From positions 79,856,001 to 79,920,000 of the forward strand of contig CM060732.1 in assembly GCA_030704615.1 (NCBI GenBank): a stretch of 64,000 nt of DNA, read 5' to 3'. The stretch is from Takakia lepidozioides (taxonomy: Eukaryota > Plantae > Bryophyta). Shown one piece after another: positions 1 through 12,043 of this stretch. The first letter of the stretch is position 1. Every line of letters starts with the position of its first letter. The notes under the pieces are model-generated. The model searched no databases, was not told the DNA's origin, and worked only from the letters and a program-made list of their open reading frames with translations. A program made the position numbers and the translations under genes.

Positions 1-966
1 TAAGTTGATCACTAACGAACGTGCAACAAAGCTGAAAGTCCAAATTCAAAGTCTAATTTATGTCATCTATGTGTGTCACGAGTAAGAAAATCATGGATAT
101 ATTCACTCGTGGGTGGATTGAAATTTTGTTTCACGCTGGAGAAAACGAAAGGTAGCTTGGCCAAAGTAGCTGATTGTGTGATGGTTGTTGATGATGCAGT
201 TTTTCGATCGATTTCGGGAACGAAGGGTAAGGGTTCCAGTCTGATGCATCTGTACCATGTATGAGGTTCCACATCGCCAGGATAGCTCGCAAATATATGA
301 GTGTGTCGCCTCGGTTAATTTTGCATGGGAAAGGGATAGATCTTCATGGGACGATCATACTGGAGTGTCCTGGCTTTTCAGATTCATTTTTGGGAATGTT
401 TTCAGTTTTCAGTTGCACCTAAATTATGCTCTTGACTCTCTCCATTTCATCAATATGGTTGATTTGTGTTGGTGTTCCACTGAGTGGAGTCTATGCATTT
501 GTGAATCAAATGGAGGTGCTGTGACACTTGAGATGGAAAATTGCATAGTAGCATTGCATAAATCAGACTGAATGGCAACAATGACTGGCCATGTGTTCTA
601 CTGTTTTAGTTGTAAAGACCAATACAGGTGGCACAAATCAGATACTTGAGACTTGTGCACGGAAGATTCCAGCTGTTGCATTCCATAGGTAAAGCTGCCC
701 ATGGAGTACTGCTCTGCCAAAGTCAGCTGCTCTGTGAATCTCAGAAATGCACAGATGTACGGAACTCCAAAAATTTTGAATGTAAAGTGAGCCCTCAAAT
801 TGAATTGAATTGGATTGAAGCTCATGCCCAAAGTCAAAACCTAGCAGTTGACAATTATTCACAGTGGGGCATAACGACACTTGATGTGTTAGTCACCATC
901 GCTTGGCATTAGCCACTAAGTTGAAGCACCGATTCAAATGTCCCAGCTGGGGCGGCTGAAGCTTGA

Positions 967-3900
967 TCAGCCCAACTTGTAGTGCTTCAAAGGCGATACC
1001 TCCACTTGAGAAAGAATAATGTCAGCTGTGTGGCGACCAACACAAAGCGACCCTTCCTGGGTGCAACAAAAGGCATGTACATGGCCTTCCCTTTCTCTCG
1101 TCAGTGCCAGTTTTGGAACCTCCTTGGATATCTGGGAACAGAGGGGTGAGAGATGTCAGACCTTAACTGTATCCTTAGTTTCCCATATTGAACTTTTTAT
1201 GCAGTGTGGACACCGGTCTCAAAATAACCTAGCACTGATTTCACACGTAAACCTGTTACTGGCGAGAGCTGCACATAGTGACTTCACAACTGGATCTGCC
1301 GCCTCCACCTTAAACCATTCCCCACTGAAGGAAATCAAATACTGCAAATCAATACATATTATCTCCATTATAATATTCTTTCTTTTTATGATTATACTTA
1401 TATTCTTTCTTTTCATGATTATACTTTCTCCCGCCCCTTCCCTCTATCCATCTCTCCAAGAGAGAAGGCTTCCGCCACCAATATCTAAATAGTTCATCTA
1501 TCACAGATTTCAGGGCGTATGAAGTAGCCTCGCAGCCTTGCCTCACCATGATCTAACCCCACTAATTAGATGATGTAACACCTGTGAGGCACTGCTTGTG
1601 AGGGATTTATAGCAGCCACAGGGTCTGCCCTACGTGCCAAAGAGAGTGGAGGGAGAGAAATGAAATGAAATGGTGCTTTATAACGTCCGGAGAGAGAAAG
1701 AAAAAAGGAGAGAATTTCATTGCATCTGGCAGATGCCCAAAAGGCCACGATAGAAGAGAGATTGAGAAAGACAGTGAAGCTTGCATGCGCACCTCATCCA
1801 GAAGAGACAAGGGCCCCCAGTGATCATCCCTCCCAAAAAGAAAATGTATTTGACTCTGGTTTTCTCTCAGAAACTCCCAGTCCAGCTCCTTTGGTAGCTG
1901 TGCATCCACCAACATGGAAAACAAATCACGTGTGTTAACAAGACGTGCATAAGCTTTGTGCCTATGATAATGTACAACTGGACTTCTCAAGGCTTGAAAG
2001 GGTTTCAACACTGGCATGTAGCCAGGCTGCCTTTGTGCTTCAATGGTTAATGGTGATTATTCGGCCTACCCCACATAGTTTCATTTCAGACTGTCCTGAC
2101 ATGAGTGGAAGATTTCTAGCTACATCATCTCAATGCAAACAACACGATAGATGTGGCCGTGGAGCATATTTAACCATTAAGATTTACTTGTTGGTGAGAC
2201 TTTCTTTGTGAAACATCTGGGTGATAATGAAACTAATTTCTGGCCTGTCAAACTACAAGCCTGTTCTAAGGGTAATATTGCACATCAAGCATCCATTGTA
2301 CTGAGAATAAACATTCATGTTAACCATGGCCAAGGTTTAATTTCTCTGGCTATAACATAGTGGAAGATACTTTTCATCCGGTTAACATCTACAACCTGAT
2401 TTCACAATAAACTCATTGCCATCAACTTCAACCCTTACCTTGGCGAATTCTGTTCTTCCCATGTACAGAAAATTGCGCACCACTGAAGACTGAAGATCAC
2501 AAAACAGACAGTCAGTGGGCTCAGTCACGTACCATACAACTCAAAATAACTGTTGCTACAAATGTGACGTTCCATACCATGTGAGCAACAATTTTCAATA
2601 AGTGATGCCCGTAGTCTATGACCTCATTTTCTCAAATATCTTTAGCTCACAGAGAGAAAACAAAGGCCATAAACTTGGGTATGAAGAAAAAAAAATCTAA
2701 TCTGAAATGAAGGGATTGTAAAGAGAACCTGCAGAAGGTACTCGCATGTCACATCTACTGCAGTGGAGCCCCACACGCGTCCAAGCAAGACCTTGACAAG
2801 CCCCCTTGATAACCTTGGTGGGAATCGACCCACAAGGCCTGCAAAACTGCTAATCGCAGTACACAGAGCTGGCGTCCTGGCCACACATGCTGTGCACACC
2901 TCAGAGAAAGACGTAATCAGTGCTACTAGCTATTGGCTGTTGCCTTTGGTAATGGTATCTTATAAGAAACATGATCTTGTTCCAGCACTCATACCTACGC
3001 CCTTGGGTGAATGCCCAAATATGTAAGAGGACAAGAACATGACAGGTAAAGAGTTGTGGTTTGAGCACGGGAGACAATGAGCTACTTAGCGGATGAATTA
3101 AACACACTTCACGACTATTTCGACTGCACAAAAACTCTTGATAGACGCTATTTTTAGTGCAAATTGTTGAAGATTGACAAAATGCACTGTAGTTAATTAA
3201 GGCTAGAGCTTACTCAGCAATGCGTCTAAGAAGACCCTGTTGCTTTGACTTGGTGTTCAATGACAGAAAGGGGTAGAGCCCTATCACCTGCTGTACCTGC
3301 ATCCATCCAAGTCCAAAACATCATAACACATGTTTTACAGGACTCTAACCTCTCTCTTTCTCCAGTCCCTGATGTGTGAGTGGCAGTGCAGACTATGGCC
3401 TCACAGACATAACATAGGCCCCCCTAACAGTGAATGGGAAATATATACATATTGGTGTGCCTGGCCATCAGACTTACAACACTACCAGTCACAGTGTAGT
3501 ACTGCTCTTTGCAGCACTGTGGTTTTACTGTGCTCTGACAAAACCTGCCCAAATGATTAAAATCTTGCACAAGGACATCATTGGGCGTCCTGCAGTGTCA
3601 ATGGCTGCAAGGGTAAGGCTTCTCAATAATGCCGACCAAACATAGTCTAAGAAATAAATTCCTCTATATGCCAGTGATAGTAACATAGAATGTTGCTTGT
3701 ACAAACCCAAATACCTGTGAAGGAAATTTCTTGAAGACCTCCATTATTATGTAGGCACCAATGGAATGACCAACCTGCATTCAAGCCTTACCATCAGCAG
3801 ACATGCTTTCAATGAGAGTGAAAGCAGGGATGCAAACTTGCAAACTTGCTACTGCTGAAGTGAAGTGAGGAAGCTCATGAAACTTACCAGGACAATAGGA

Positions 3901-6492
3901 AGGTCCGACCTTTGAATGACCTCACGTTGAACAAAATGAACCTGTTGCAAAACATTTGATTAGCTTGCTGCTCTCTTTCTGCTCTTGGTTTATTCTACCT
4001 TGTCACATGGGCCATCGTGGCCCACTGTATAACTCTCTCTTTCTGCCCAAACTGGGCACGCGGGCCTATGGCCAGGCCACAGCAAACAAAGTCTTATGAA
4101 TACATTCTCTCTCTCTTTCTCTTGTTCCACTTGTGTCTCTTACACCATTTGGCCTCCAACATGTATTGGATTTCGTTGTTCCTTCTTTCCTCTACTGTGT
4201 CCCATGGGCTTCCCAGTGGATCTAACCAATGACATTGTTTCTTTCTTCTTTCGCTCAATCTTGTCTCTCTTTCTCATGAATGTGTCTCAAGGAATGGCAC
4301 CTCATTGCCAACATCCAGATGTACTCAGTCCATGAGTATATCTCTGTTCCTCACTCACTTCCCTATGATGAAAAAGGCCAAGACAGTAAACCTCAGATTG
4401 AAACTTACATTATTGGCGGCAAACTTAGTACGAAGTGTCTAACGCCAGATTACAATCAAAATACCGTCAGCATACTGGCCACATTTTACCTCCATTGCCA
4501 CTTGATGTTGTGCTAGGAAGAGCTTAATCCACCAAATGGGCAGCTGGCGGGAGAGGTATACAGCAATGTCATGGCAAATAATGAGAGATTTCAGTAGTCT
4601 CTTGTTTACACATGATAGTCCCTTGGTCAAGAGCTTCAAATTTCCAGACAACAAAATTAAATAATCTCCCAAACCTCAACCATTTGCTACGTACTGAAGA
4701 GTGTGAGTAACATGAGACCATTGTGGAAAGGTTAAGGATATTTCACCTTATGATCTATTTGTTCCTCCAGCGAGAACACCCCATTTTCCCAAGCCTGTGC
4801 CAGGACAGAAGGTGGCAACTATTAGCATGAGAGATGCTGTAACCAGGCTGGATTGTTCTTTACCCAGCACCGCCTGTTGCCTTTGCCCCCCATGCCCCGT
4901 AGCCGTTGCCACTGAGAACTGTGGTCAAAAATGATGTATCTGGTGGTCCTGGGTTCCATTCCACATAGGCCTACATTGGATGTTACATTGTGTAATCCAT
5001 AGTAGGAGCATTGTCTTGCAGAACTGGGTAACCGAGGTCTCTGGCTCGCCCATTATAAAGTGCACACTTTCTCAAATAAGACCTCTCGGGAGAAGAAGAC
5101 ACTGATTCATGCTATTTCAACCAGCGTCACCCCTCGGTTTTTTCCTTTATCATCCATGATTGCAACACAGTTACTAGTGGTATGGTTGTTTTCAATAAAG
5201 AGGGCATATATCACATACAGCCTTTACAAGAATTGATGATTGAAGGAGACATACAAGGGGGTCGACCGGCAAGGCATGAACCTCTTGAGATCAAATAACA
5301 GAATAAATGAAGAAGGAAAAGGGAAAGGAAGGATGGGCTCACTGTAGACGTGTGGGCAATGTGGCTGATTGCTGCAGAATAGACATCGGCACACAAACCG
5401 TTGCGTTAGCAAACACTCTGACGTTTTTCCTTCACTGACCCCTCAGATCCCTTCTTTGCCCCTTTTTACATCTGTGATACTACCCAGAGGCTACATTTTT
5501 CTCTTTTCTCACCACCCCATCACGACCATGTGTCACATTTGTGTTTATGTAGAAGGATATTAGAAGTGCTGGCAACAACACTACATGTCTTAACACAATG
5601 CATACATAAAATTCTCTCTTTGGAAGCGAGGATAACCTGTGATAGAAGCTTGACCCTCCAGAAAGTCATACAGGGCTTCAAGGTACTCCTTGTAGTAGGT
5701 CACCACACCTTCCCCAGCATCAATATCAGAAGTTATGGCACACTCAATCAGAGAGCAAGTAGCCCCATATTTATCCAAACTGTCGCTATTTCCCTCTCTT
5801 CCATTTTCCATGTTTGAAGCTGCTAATATAAGCTCCCTCTCCTACATGGACGTTATTTGATACAGGAGAGCTATGGTACTTCCATGCTGCAAATGTCACC
5901 CAACTAGGATGGAGTACACCCCTGTGGTTCTATTGCCACAAATCTCTGTATTGACAAAGTAGCATGCAGTTGAACACATTCAAGACCAATTAAAAGACCG
6001 CTACCTGTTGTTCCTCTAATAGATGTATGCAACACATACACCAGAAGTATAACCTGCATACCCACTTTGGTAACATAAACAGGCACTGCAAAGTAAATGT
6101 GGTGTTCTTTCTGTTTGTGGTGGGTGCATGATTTCAAACTTTGTTAGCTAAAACACCTTGCCAACCTCATTATTTATCTCTTGTTCGAACTTAATCTTTA
6201 TACAGACTCAACCAGGGAACCATGACATACCCCTCTTATCCAGACCTGGACACTTCACTTGGGATTTTACAAGAGGGGATGCTACAGGAAAACTCAGTAT
6301 GAACTCATTTGAGCTAATGCGACAAACATGGTCCTAAATGGGAAACAAGAGAACACCATGCAGGTCTTACTCAGTTATTGCATAATAGAACAACAATGGT
6401 TGATGGTGGAGCACACACCTGGATTGCCGGGAACAAAGATTATTTGAAGAGAGGCTCTCTCTGACTTCAGCTCCAGAAGCTCAGTCATGTGC
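967..6492 (-). CDS. LDAH: Lipid droplet-associated hydrolase-like alpha/beta hydrolase (>=11 coding exons; start exon unresolved, upstream of 6492)
   Basis: GT-AG exons 6419-6492, 5637-5708, 5343-5371, 4747-4794, 3888-3941, 3715-3774, 3214-3296, 2729-2876, 2439-2489, 1793-1897 and 967-1131 join in frame: HMTELLELKSERASLQIIFVPGNPG-VVTYYKEYLEALY...FSLEEQIDHK...VGHSIGAYI (GxSxG)...GLYPFL...LFGRDDHWGP...EREGHVHAFCC; stop at 967-969. Confidence 0.9.
4045..4108 (+). mobile_element. Extremely 5'-truncated 3' end of LINE family B, inside an LDAH intron
   Basis: caaactgggcacgcgggcctatggcc...gcaaacaaagtcttatgaatacattctc matches the 3' end of the 57325-57891 LINE; flanked by the direct repeat ctctctctttct (4033-4044 / 4109-4120). 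Confidence 0.75.
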
Positions 6493-7966
6493 CTGTCTCA
6501 TTACAGCCCTTCAGCAATGAGAGTGCTCAGAGAGAAAATGACATGACCTACGGTAGCAAACTCTTGCGGTCACAAAACTTGCCTCTCTCTCCTACTGGCA
6601 ATTCGGGCTTACAGTAGTGCCCTGATGGGTAAATGCCATCAATGAGTACATTTCCATCGTCTTTGCCCCTCTCCTTGTGTTCATAGACAGTTGGACTAAG
6701 TCATGTCACAAGTTCTTGCCATATGGTGAAGAGACACAGGAGTGAGAAATTACCCGCCAATTGTATCCACATAGAGAGATGCTCCAGAGCTCGTGGTTAC
6801 AGCCATGCCCATGTGTGGCACCAACCGCCTCTTGCTCGTAATTGCACTGATTTGCACAGGATACCATTGCACATCACTTATTGTTGCGATAGCAAAACAT
6901 AACAATACGATTACGCAATGCAGTAGTCGGCTCCAGGAAATGTCAGCACAAATTGTAGCATTGTGTAAATGAGTAATATCGACAATCCCCCGGGTCGCAG
7001 GAACACAGCTTTGAGGAAGAGACGTTAAACAATAACAATAGAGCTGGAAGCGGTGCGTTACATCTACACTGCGGTCAACTGAATGGAAAAGTTGCGAGCG
7101 CAAGGGCTGGAATACTCTTCTGGCAACTGCCAAGGGAGACTTGTTGCTGAATCTTCAAAGTTGAATATAGGTTAACACTGGCCAGTGGTCAAGCTGCTCC
7201 CGCCTGCTGAATGAGGCACTGACTAGTTCTTTGAAATTCCCTTTCCACTAATTTAGAGAGTCCCGGATCAGTCAAAGCCTAAAGCCAATTGCCCTGGACT
7301 ATGAACCTTTGATATGTGAGTGCGTGGCAGGCTTGGAACAGTCTACTCCAATTGAGCTGGAATAGATTCATCATGGAATCAGTCCAGGTCCCTCGTTTTT
7401 TCCAGATGTTCAGACTGATTGATCCAAAAAGGGAAACCACATAAGATTTTACACGCTGAACCTCTTCTTAAGAAGATAACAATCATACATCCATAGAAAT
7501 GAAGCTTACATGCATACATGTAAATTAGTAGATGCTCTGAGTGCATACCAGGAAAAATCGGGAGATCGGACAGGCGACGAGGCAGGCCATGCAAGGCGTG
7601 CAAGGGTAAGCACAGCTCTCATGGAAACTCGCCTTCTTCCTCTTGGAGATCCTTTCTCGTCCGCACAAGTAGCCTCTGAGCGACGGACGAAACAACAATC
7701 CGTCAGAAAACCCTTGTTTCCAGGACGATACTATTGTACGATACATATTTTCTGACGTGAGTTGCAACGAGAATGCACACTCACCTTTCTTGTCCGAGGT
7801 GAGAGATGATGAAAGGACAGTATGTAAATTTGATCACTTGCCACCTTCTCTATCTCCGCTAGCAAATACAGGAAAGGGAGCAGGCGAGTTGTTTGATCAA
7901 GGGTTGAGCAGAAAGAAGGAGGACAACGGCGCCGTATCGAGACCTTACTGAAGAGTATTTTAAGGC

Positions 7967-10214
7967 TCGACGAAAGATGATGTCTCCCTTCCCAAAGGTG
8001 GGTACGTCTCTCGGCTCTCTATGTCAGCGGCATGACCTGCGTTAGGGGACAATGGGTGGTATTTTCCTCATGTGTTGGCGGACCCAATCTTTTGGCATGG
8101 AGATTTTCTTTTTGATGCCATGATGATCCCTGGTAAGCGAAAATGGTCTGCCTAGAAAGACGTGAAGGTGTATGATTTTAGGTGTGTCCCCTTCTATGGA
8201 ACTTCTGCACATAATTCTTCACACATCACTCCCATTGTTAAATCAAAACAGGCTAAAGAAGTAAGAAAAATGTATCATCGCAACTTACAGACATTTTATT
8301 TTTGTAAGAGACGAATGAAGAGAACTTTATTGCCGAATTCCAAGTGTTCAATTCCTTAACCTTGTCTGCCTGCCTGGTGGCATTTTGGTACGAGTGAGAT
8401 TCTGTAATAATTACCCCTGTCAGGTGTTCGCCAATTGACTCTTACCTGCTGCCTGCACCCTTTCTCTTTTGTAGGAATCATTTGCCTTGTGTTTTGGAGG
8501 ATACTTCAAACTTGCATTCTATGACATAACTTGAAACTGTACTTCTGCATATCCCCATATGGATGTGATGAGTATCCTTCTCAGTCTTTCATTTTTTCTA
8601 GCCTGCATTCTCACTCGAAGGCAGATGTACAGTGCAGTCGTTCAAAACAGTATTTTCTCTGTGTATGTAGAGCTCATGTGTATATTGTTTGGGGGGAGGG
8701 TGCAGCAACCATGACCAAAATAATAAAGGAGATGTTGCCGCCAGATGTTCGGGTGGCCAAAGATGCACAGGACTTGTGGGTGGAATGTTGCGTTGGTATT
8801 TCTTCATACTGCTTGGAAGGCAACTTTGGCCATCTAAGAATCCGTCTCTTTCCATATGATAATTTCCGTCACTGTAATGTGTGCATGTCCAGTGGTTTAG
8901 TCCTGGAAAATAAGACTCAAGTGCATCCTCCTTTTCTCCGGTGCTGGTGTTAGTCTTCTCTGGGTGTTTGTTTATTGGCTGTGTGTGTGCGACAGAATTC
9001 ATAAACTTGATATCATCTGAATCAAATGAGATCTGCAGTAAAGAGGAAAAGCGCACCATCGCTCCTGAACATGTGCTGAGAGCCCTTGAGGTCTGTGACC
9101 ATCCCTGCCCTAACTGGTCTCTGTATCACAAACCTAACCACTCTTTGCTGAGCATTCCCTCTTTTCTGTCTTTGCAGTTGCTGTTTGAGAGGGCAAAACC
9201 ATGGGAGGGATAGCAAAACCGGGCCATGGTGCTGCTTGGAATTATTGATTGTGTGTTAGCTGTCCTTGACTGTTGCATCAGTTAAGTTGCACTGGCTTTG
9301 GTCTTTGAAGCCTGTTAATGAGTGGAAGAAAACCAGTAAATGTGAAATGGTTCAAATAGTGAAACACAAAGCTTTGGGTCTCACTCAATTTTTCCACTGC
9401 AGAGGGATTAATTCTGAAGTTAAAAGGACCATGCTTTGCAACGTTCTTAATAAGTGATAAAGACAACTAGTTGGTATGAGCACACCATTCTGCTCTAACT
9501 CAGATGCTTGTAGGGTATGGCTTGATGCAGATTCTTGGGTTTGGAGAGTATATAGGGGAGGTCCAAGCTGCTTATGAACAACACAAAAATGAGACATTGG
9601 TGTGCATCCTTACTGTCTTTTCTCCAAAAGCTGTTACTAACTTGTAGAAAACATGAAACGAGCTGCTGATGTTGTCATTCTGGACACCAAAAAATTTTCA
9701 TGATCAATGGATTGCAACCTTTATTAAGATTTGAAAAACTCTCGCTTGACTCTTGTCTACAAATGGGACTTCTTTTCACATCCTTACTCCCGCGTCATTC
9801 TCCGCAGCTGGACCATGCTGCATGATTTATCATCAAAGATATTTGAATGGCAAGTCAGTGGCTGCACAGAGTCTGTTGGTGGTTACCTTCATAGCTAAGA
9901 ACAAGATGCATGCTTGAAAGACGTGTTGCTTTCTGATTTGGAGATGGACTCTTGTGTTGGCTCAAACATCTGACCTTGCGATCGTTCAGTGAAGCTTGGG
10001 GGCTCATGTCCTTGTTGTCTGTCTTTCATTCGTGACTTGCCTTGTATAGCAGGATTCACCGAAGGTGGGAGGAAGATGGGCGAAAGAGGGAAGTGGTGGA
10101 ATGACAGAAGAAGAAGCCATAGCTGCCCAGCAACGAATGTTCGCAGAGGCCCGTGCTCGCATGAACAGTGGTGGGGCAGTAGTGGCCCCCACACAAGCGA
10201 ACGACTCGGATTGA
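7967..10214 (+). CDS. DR1: Negative cofactor 2 beta subunit (Dr1 / NC2beta, histone fold); true start codon unresolved
   Basis: Exons ~7967-7997, 8706-8795, 8996-9090, 9531-9599 and 10053-10214 splice to STKDDVSLPKATMTKIIKEMLPPDVRVAKDAQDLWVECCVEFINLISSESNEICSKEEKRTIAPEHVLRALEILGFGEYIGEVQAAYEQHK...MTEEEAIAAQQRMFAEARARMN...*; in-frame TAA at 7961 and first in-frame ATG at 8711. Confidence 0.88.
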
Positions 10215-11559
10215 TTCATATTGATGTTGTCAGTAAACTTGTTGTACAATGTTTTCACTTCCTCATTCTTGTTTCTCTTGGAAGGTCATGGTGATGTGAT
10301 GTTCGTCATGAGGAATCATGTGACCTTGTATAGAGACACCAAGCACCAAAGATCCCTTTTCCAAGACACAGGAAATGTACTTTATTGAATTGTTCTGGTT
10401 TCTTCGGTTGAACCTGTGGTCCATGAAACTTGCATCTCAGGATTTGCAGTGATGTTTTTCTGGCTGTGTACTTTCCGAATTGCACTGGAGCGCTTGGTGC
10501 CCCCTGTTGGTCTCCAGTCACCTTTTCCCTATGTCCCTTGTTTCAGGGTCCTGTAGCAAGCAAGCATCAGTGCCCCCAAGGCAGAAGAGCACACAGAACC
10601 AATAGCCATAGAGATCTCTTCTCAACGCACCACATTTTGAGTGGACACTTCAGAAACTTACTGGGTATCCTCCTGCAGTGTTAGGAACTGTCTGCTCCAG
10701 TTCTACAGCTACTCTGTCCCTCCCATGCGCCAATTATATGTATATACTTACAAATGGTTGCAAAGAAGGGCACCGAGAAGTGGTGCAGGACATCTTGAGG
10801 AACTAGTGATGCATATTGTCAAATAAGGAACGGAGGAATGAGATCGCGATTCAGGGAGGACTGAATCATGTTCCATCACAAAAGATAATTCCCTGAGTGG
10901 CAGGGGACCAGAACTGAAGAGATGCTAATATGCATGCACTCCGTGCGAAGCAAAGCAAGTTATCTATAATTGGAAGAAGCGGTCAAAGCATGAGGCTCAC
11001 TCTTATCACCACCACGTAGGATTGCGTAAGTATCGCCTGGGAGGAAAGCAAAGGGGAGATACACAAGGTAAAATGCGCTGTAAGCAAGAAGATCTTAGCA
11101 GGGCTGACAGACAAGAATGAATACACTCTACTATCCATCCACAAGCAGCGCCGTAACAGAAGAAGAAACAGCAACCCTGGATTGAAACACAAGACTGTGA
11201 AAGCAACACGAGAACAAGACCGCAGACCACGTGGGGGAAACATAACACCTTCATCCATGCCTCTCAGACCCCTGTGCTCTAACCGGAAAGAGGCTGCTGG
11301 TACTTGCTTCAATCAGCGCATTGGTCTCTGGGCACAGAGTGTTAAAGTTTTCTACTTTCTATCATAAGGGGATGGTGCCCTCAAAGGTTATACCATGTCA
11401 GGATTTGCAAGAAAAATGGTCAATTGAGTAGATCTTTTGTGTATTTTTGGTTTTGCAAGGAAAGGGGTCAGCACCCCACACACCAAAAATCTGGATCGCC
11501 ACCTTAGCAAGCAGTGGGAGCAGATTTTTGACTAAGTACTGTTTGTTAAGTTTGATTCC

Positions 11560-11905
11560 ACTCCACGCTCCAGTAACAGAGAAATCTGTGACCAGCCTCC
11601 CATGAGATGAAAGTTTGCATCTCTGTGGAGTGTGGCTCCATCGACCTTCAAAACTAGTAGTCCACCTGGATGGATGAGTTACATTGGATTGGGGACTAGG
11701 ATTTTGCAAAACCTCCAGTGGAGCTACAGTGGTATCTGCATCCTGGAGAGTTGATATTCTGCAAGGCCTGTGCTAGCATCTTCACCCACCCATCAAAACA
11801 TCTAAACTCTCTAAGTGATGACCATCCATCCCTGCACGAACCGTGGTAAGCATTTCCACTCTCTCCTTCTCCATTTAAGATGCATGAAGACACTTGCCAA
11901 CCCAC
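11560..11905 (-). pseudogene. Probable decayed remnant of the MOR1 TOG5 region downstream of the MOR1 stop
   Basis: Minus-strand gatgggtgggtgaagatgctagcacaggccttgc (DG.VKMLAQAL ~ DGLEMLQKAL) and tggaggttttgcaaa (WRFCK ~ LRFCKSN) occur in collinear order but in different frames. Confidence 0.4.
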
Positions 11906-12043
11906 ATTTATTCTTCATGTGTAAATGGGGCACAACATAGAATCCTCCTCTATGTAAGCTCGGGATGATCACAACTCTAAAGGGAAAACTCGTGGTTTAA
12001 TGATACCACAATTTTGCACTCTGATAGCTACAGAAGGTCAGTT

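Noticed and set aside
1-900. Short ORFs at the window start
   Set aside because: No recognisable protein motifs or supportable exon chain.
6750-7133. 127-aa ORF as an LDAH transit-peptide exon
   Set aside because: It starts at TTG and I could not establish an in-frame splice path to the 6492 exon; left unresolved.
7961-7972. Organelle-style RNA editing (TAA->CAA or ACG->AUG) repairing the Dr1 start
   Set aside because: This is a nuclear, spliceosomal-intron gene, and PPR-mediated editing is organellar; nothing in the sequence supports it.
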